Assembly (NCBI GenBank): GCA_964406965.1
Contig: CAYOTT010000004.1
Coordinates: forward strand, 115,790-147,789
From: an uncultured Desulfurococcales archaeon
GTDB taxonomy: Archaea > Thermoproteota > Thermoprotei_A > EX4484-217-1
DNA length: 32,000 nucleotides
Direction of reading: 5' to 3'
Shown here: in pieces, positions 27,357 to 32,000 of the stretch
How the letters are laid out: every line of letters starts with the position of its first letter
Position numbering within the stretch: the stretch's first letter is position 1
Notes under the pieces: model-generated
The model's database searches: none
What the model saw: only the letters and a program-made list of their open reading frames with translations
Told to the model about the DNA's origin: nothing
Position numbers and translations under genes: made by a program

Positions 27357-28381
27357 AAATCAACTACATAGAGGCTCTTGGTAGGGGAAGCTTCTAAAAC
27401 CCTTCTAACATTCATTACTTTAATGAGCCGCCTATTGTACTTTGGTACTTCTCTAACAAATTCAATAACAGGTTCTAGCGAAGTATACGCGAATCTATAA
27501 TAATGAATTATTCCTCCCTCATCACTTAAGAGATTAAGAGCGTATTTTATGAAATTATGTGAAAGCCCTGGTAGATTCATTATTATCCTATCGAAGTTTT
27601 TATGTAGAAAACCATGTATTTTAGATGAATCAGCAAGTATTGGAATTACTGTTCCTTTTAGCTTATTTAAAACCATACTTTCAATAATTGACTTTATAGC
27701 GTATGGATTTATGTCGACAGCATAAACTTTAGCTTTCTTATATTTCGCTATGAGAATAGAGAAACAGCCTATACCTGCAAACATGTCTAAAACTTTTTCA
27801 CAGTCTAAAACTTGTTCGCTAATACGTTTATGCTCGTAACTAAGAGAAGGATTTACATAAGTTTTACCTATGTAAACAACGAATCTACACCCGTGTTCAA
27901 CATAAACTGTTTTATCAATAGGGCTTCCTGCTATGAGTTTTAAAGGTAAAACTCTTTCAGTCCCAACGGTTTCACCAACTATAGCATAAACGGCTTTCTT
28001 ATTCCTATGCAGTTTTAAAAGCGCTTCACCAATATAGCCCCAGTACTTTTCCGGAATATTCTGTAAACGTATGAAAATAGCCTCCCCTACTATATCATAG
28101 GATGTGGGTAGTTTTTCGAAAACACTTTTAGGTATTTTGTCTACTAAATAATCTTTATATGTCCTTACATGAAATCTCTTCTTAAGCTTACATTCAATAA
28201 GCCCAACGCTTACTTTTCTAGCTTCTAAAGGTAGCTTTTCAAAATCACCAATTTTTACAGGTATATACAGGTATTCATTTACCCTCTCTATTTTAAACGA
28301 ATAATCTATTAACCCATGTTTTCTAAGAATCTTAAGCACTGCTTCTCCATGAACTTTTCTTACCTTTAAACAGTACACCAT
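27344..28381 (-). CDS. trm5: tRNA (guanine37-N1)-methyltransferase Trm5 (Trm5b/Taw22-type, Met-10+ family)
   Basis: The N-terminal MVYCLKVRKVHGE...YLYIPVK resembles the archaeal Trm5b D1 domain. SAM motif is DMFAGIGCFSI, catalytic NLP. ATG 28381 is preferred over the TTG at 28414 used by the ORF track. Confidence 0.8.
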   Translation of the reverse strand: MVYCLKVRKVHGEAVLKILRKHGLIDYSFKIERVNEYLYIPVKIGDFEKLPLEARKVSVGLIECKLKKRFHVRTYKDYLVDKIPKSVFEKLPTSYDIVGEAIFIRLQNIPEKYWGYIGEALLKLHRNKKAVYAIVGETVGTERVLPLKLIAGSPIDKTVYVEHGCRFVVYIGKTYVNPSLSYEHKRISEQVLDCEKVLDMFAGIGCFSILIAKYKKAKVYAVDINPYAIKSIIESMVLNKLKGTVIPILADSSKIHGFLHKNFDRIIMNLPGLSHNFIKYALNLLSDEGGIIHYYRFAYTSLEPVIEFVREVPKYNRRLIKVMNVRRVLEASPTKSLYVVDFYVT

Positions 28382-28460
28382 AGTATTAGCCCGTCTTATC
28401 TCTATTCTAAACAAATTTAAGATTCAACATATAATTGGTTCTGTGAGGTTAAGAAAAATC

Positions 28461-29315
28461 ATGGCTACAATACTGTTGACTTCAAGAATAGATAAGCCTG
28501 AAGCATTAGAGTTGGCTAGGAAAATTCTTACATCACATAAGCTAAGAGAGAGTGTTAAGAAGTTTATTGTTGATTCATCGTTAAAACCTTATCTTAAACT
28601 GTTAAGTGAGAAAATTGTTTACAAATCTATAGAGGAATTTCCTAAAGTAGGTGCTAACTTAGTTGTGGTCATAGGCGGTGATGGGTCAATACTGAGATTA
28701 CTACATTATTTTAAAAACAAGAATCCACCACATGTTTTCAGCATAAACCTTGGGAGATACGGTTTCCTCTCAGAAATATCTCCGGAAAACGCTATTAACC
28801 TACTTAGAGATATTGTTGAAAACAGAGGTACATATGAAATAGTGTTCAAACCTAGGATAATAGCTTATACTGAAACTGGACAATTACCTCCAGTGCTTAA
28901 CGATTACGTGGTTTTAGCTCCTAGGCTTAAAATGGTTCATCTTAAACTTATAAAAGCTAGGACGAAAGAGCTCGTATACAATATTTACGCTGATGGAATA
29001 ATTATTTCGCCAACAGCTGGTTCTACAGGATATTCCTTAAGTGTTGGAGGACCAATAGTTGATGAAGACTTGTTAGCTATAATAACTACACCCATGAACC
29101 CTATGCAGCTACGTGCAAGACCGGTTATTTTTGACATTAATGAGGAATTAGTGCTTGAAATAATTGATAGGGATGTTGAAGTCTTTGCTGACGGCTTCTT
29201 ATGCTGCAAAATATCTGAAGGAGGATCATTGCGTATTAAATTCTGGGATAAAGTAGGTTTTTACAGGAAAGAAAGACAATATTACAACAAGCTTACGCGG
29301 AGAGACCATGTGTAA
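28461..29315 (+). CDS. nadK: NAD kinase
   Basis: GGDGSILR motif, NxG, and TAGSTGYSLSVGGPIV. GAGGT lies 10 nt before ATG 28461; the ORF-track GTG is at 28443. Confidence 0.88.
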   Translation: MATILLTSRIDKPEALELARKILTSHKLRESVKKFIVDSSLKPYLKLLSEKIVYKSIEEFPKVGANLVVVIGGDGSILRLLHYFKNKNPPHVFSINLGRYGFLSEISPENAINLLRDIVENRGTYEIVFKPRIIAYTETGQLPPVLNDYVVLAPRLKMVHLKLIKARTKELVYNIYADGIIISPTAGSTGYSLSVGGPIVDEDLLAIITTPMNPMQLRARPVIFDINEELVLEIIDRDVEVFADGFLCCKISEGGSLRIKFWDKVGFYRKERQYYNKLTRRDHV

Positions 29316-29811
29316 AAAGAAAGTTCCCATACTGGATACTGCAGCTGTAATTACAAAAATAGTTTTACAACTACCTACTAAGCAATATACTGTTCCCCAA
29401 GTTATAAATGAGGTAAGGGATAGGGAAAGTTTAGAAGCTTTAGAATCAGCTCAAACGACGGGAAAGCTTATTATAAAGAATCCTTCGCAAGAATCTCTTG
29501 TAGAAGCTGCAAGGGCTGCTGAAAAAATAGGTGAAAAACTAAGTCTTTCAGAAACAGATTTAGCAGTTATGGCTTTAGCCTTAGATTTTAAAAAGGAAGG
29601 TTTCGAACCAATAATATACACTGATGATTATTCCCTACAGAATTTAGCTAAAAGCCTAGGAATAGGTTTCCATCCTATAAGAACACGTGGAATAATTAGG
29701 AAAAGAAAATACATAACATATTGTACAGCATGCGGTTACGTAGCGGTAGGTAGGAATGAAAGAATATGTCCAAGATGCGGCCATAAACTTACGAGAAAAC
29801 CTATTTCTTAA
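29308..29811 (+). CDS. nob1: Nob1-like endonuclease (PIN domain plus C-terminal Zn ribbon)
   Basis: 167 aa: PIN N-terminus (ILDTAAVI...), TDDYSLQN, and the zinc ribbon CTACGY...CPRCGHKL. Confidence 0.75.
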   Translation: MCKKKVPILDTAAVITKIVLQLPTKQYTVPQVINEVRDRESLEALESAQTTGKLIIKNPSQESLVEAARAAEKIGEKLSLSETDLAVMALALDFKKEGFEPIIYTDDYSLQNLAKSLGIGFHPIRTRGIIRKRKYITYCTACGYVAVGRNERICPRCGHKLTRKPIS

Positions 29812-30970
29812 CGAGTTTAGCTATAAAATATCCTGTAACATCATGTATGTGGGGATGAAATCTTAGGAAAAACTTACCATATGAACTAAACCCTTTTGAA
29901 CCAAGACCGCCATATATGGTTTTAACAGGTTCGAACCTGTATTTGCTTATTGCTTCCTCTATTATTTCCTCATTCTCCTCTAATGTAACAGTGCATGTAG
30001 AATAAACTAGTACTCCTCCTTTCCTTAGAAGCTCATATGCTGGTTTAAAGAACTGTATTTGATAGTTTCCCAAATCAATAATGTCCCTGTACTTTTTCGA
30101 ATCATAAAGTTTAGGTCTAACACCAAATGATGAACATGGTGGGTCAATAAGTACCTTATCTACTTTACCACGTAATAAAGGATAATCTACATGTAAGTAT
30201 CTTGAATCTGCTAAGTAAACTTCAATATTAACCTTCATTCTTCTAAACTCTCTAATCATTTTAACTACTCTCTTCCTGGAATGGTCAAAAGCTATGATTC
30301 TAGCCTTACCTTTAGTAAGCTGGTGTATGTGTGAAGCCTTTCCACCGGGCGCTGCACACATATCAACTATTAACTCTCCCGGTTGTGGATCTAAAATTTT
30401 AGATGCAATCATTGCTGGAAGGCTTTGCTCGTAAAGCACTCCTTGAGAATACTCGGGAAATTCTCTAACTTTAGGAGCCTTATACCTTGAAATTTCTACT
30501 TCCACAGCTAGTCCTTTCCTAACCTTACCTATGTCTTTAGGGTTTATTTTCAAATAACCCCAGCCTACAGGTTCGAGAAGAGGGGAAACAACAGTAACTG
30601 GAGCATTTCTTCTAAATTTACCAACAGCCTTCAAAACTCCAGGTGCGTAAACATGTGAACCTAAATATACGCTTTCAGCAGTTCTCTTATCAACAATAAC
30701 AACGCCTTCCTCAACAGGTACTTCATAGGGTCCTTCAATAGGGAAAAATATTGCTTCCTCAACGTTTTCATCGGGAAATACCTTAATCCCCCTGTTTCTT
30801 AACGACTCAATAACTTCATCGGTGTTCCAAATTAAAGTATTAACCCTAACATAAAGTCTTCTACCAGGTTCTCTAATAGATTTAAGAAAAGATGGAAGCT
30901 CATTACCATAAACTCTTCTTAAAGAATTAACTACGCCCTCATCGTATTGGAAAAACTTAAGTGCTTCCAT
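29801..30970 (-). CDS. PUA-domain RNA (cytosine-C5)-methyltransferase, NOL1/NOP2/Sun family (NSun6-like)
   Basis: SAM motif DMCAAPGGKASHI, catalytic DPPCSSFG and YSTCT, preceded by a PUA-like domain. ATG 30970 (MEALKFF...) is more plausible than the ORF-track start at 31033. Confidence 0.8.
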   Translation of the reverse strand: MEALKFFQYDEGVVNSLRRVYGNELPSFLKSIREPGRRLYVRVNTLIWNTDEVIESLRNRGIKVFPDENVEEAIFFPIEGPYEVPVEEGVVIVDKRTAESVYLGSHVYAPGVLKAVGKFRRNAPVTVVSPLLEPVGWGYLKINPKDIGKVRKGLAVEVEISRYKAPKVREFPEYSQGVLYEQSLPAMIASKILDPQPGELIVDMCAAPGGKASHIHQLTKGKARIIAFDHSRKRVVKMIREFRRMKVNIEVYLADSRYLHVDYPLLRGKVDKVLIDPPCSSFGVRPKLYDSKKYRDIIDLGNYQIQFFKPAYELLRKGGVLVYSTCTVTLEENEEIIEEAISKYRFEPVKTIYGGLGSKGFSSYGKFFLRFHPHIHDVTGYFIAKLVKK

Positions 30971-31145
30971 AGTTTCACGGCAGAATAATTTAAAACTAAG
31001 ACGCATAAAAATTTGGGAAATAATATAATACATTAAACTAAGTTGGTTAAATCATTAGTTATTTCGCTAGGAAACCTCAATATTTAATCTTAAGCAAACT
31101 TTATATGTTTAAGTTAAAATCGGGCTACCTAATAAGTAAAAGTTT

Positions 31146-32000
31146 GTGAAAAAGATGATTCTTAAAACTAAACTAATAGCCCTAATCATAATAGTGATGT
31201 TCTCAACAACGCTTTCAACACCGATAGTAACATTAGCTCAAGAATATAAGCATCATGTTGCTGTTTTAACGCATCCAGAAAACGATGAATATCTGTACCC
31301 TTATGATGTTGTATTTGATTCCCAAGGTAATGCGTATATTTTAGTGGAAGGATACAACTACGATATAGATGAGTATGAGCAGTACATAATTAAGCTAAAT
31401 CCAGAAGGTCAAGTACTATGAGCTAAGAGAATTTCTGAAGATAACGCCTACATCTACTTTATGGCATACGATGAATATTCAAATAAACTCTTCATTACAG
31501 GAGAACATTATTTCAATGGAAGTCATAACTACTTTTTAGCTAGGCTTAGCGCGGATAATGGAATTTTTGAAAAGGCTATTTTAATACTGTGGTCAAGTAT
31601 AATAAATCACTGGCTTTCAACCATAGTCCCTGACGGTAAAGGAGGAATATATGTTGGAGACTGGGTAGACTACTATGCTGGTCGATGGCATACGGGAGCC
31701 TATGTTTTAAAGTTTGATGTTGATTTGAATTATAAATGGAGCAAGGGTATTATGGAAAACGTTGGTGTTTACACATGGATACCTTGGGATTACTTCATTA
31801 AGCCGTTAGATGTTAATTCTCAAGGAAACCTTTATGCTGGAATATTGCTTACTATGGTAATTAATAATATCTGGCACCGTCCTTTTTCACTTATGAAAGT
31901 AAGTAGTAACGGTACATTAATTAAAGCTATAGCTTATGGTTCAGCAAAGCCTGAAATAAAGATTGACAGTAGCTACCTAATATACTATCGAAACCAATGA
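31146..32000 (+). pseudogene. Secreted beta-propeller-repeat-like protein interrupted by one in-frame TGA (31419-31421)
   Basis: ORFs 31146-31421 and 31461-32000 are in the same frame, and the frame stays open across 31422-31460. The N-terminus has a signal peptide (MKKMILKTKLIALIIIVMFSTTLSTPIVTLAQE). A D.QGN.Y / ..K...G..W.K repeat pattern continues across the stop. Confidence 0.55.

Noticed and set aside
31419-31421. In-frame TGA as selenocysteine or a reassigned Trp codon
   Set aside because: TGA is used as an ordinary stop by several confident genes in this window (for example MBF1, trm56, tfe and aIF-1A). I noticed no SECIS-like hairpin downstream. A nonsense mutation or a sequencing error is the simpler explanation.

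Overview
This is an AT-rich window (roughly 35-40% GC by eye) with sharply GC-rich tRNA islands. The gene content is archaeal information processing: aIF-1A, aIF-2beta, aEF-1beta, TFE, FEN-1, CDC48, L40e, Rio1, Dim2-like KH, Nob1, NMD3, Pth2, AspRS. Three of the six tRNA genes carry introns. This looks like core chromosome of a hyperthermophilic crenarchaeon, but I cannot name the species from sequence alone.

Coding density is high, and many starts and stops overlap by 1-13 nt. I found no CRISPR array, transposase or integrase. RNA-modification and ribosome-biogenesis enzymes are unusually numerous here: Trm56, an MtaB-like enzyme, TruD/Pus7, Trm5, an NSun6-like PUA-m5C methylase, a second SPOUT-like protein, Nob1, Rio1 and Dim2.

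Features absent from the ORF track:
- six tRNAs: Val-CAC, His-GUG, Val-GAC, Asn-GUU, Cys-GCA, Trp-CCA
- a 54-aa L40e gene
- a textbook box C/D sRNA at 6234-6283

Most interesting observations:
1. The tRNA-Trp intron contains a box D'/C'-like core flanked by two guides against its own anticodon arm.
2. The tRNA-Asn intron is a tandem, degenerate copy of the tRNA's own 3' half.
3. An orphan DNA C5-methyltransferase is translationally coupled to TFE and to a SPOUT-like ORF in a presumed hyperthermophile.
4. The conserved N-terminus of Rio1 has no canonical start codon.
5. A secreted repeat protein is interrupted by one in-frame TGA.
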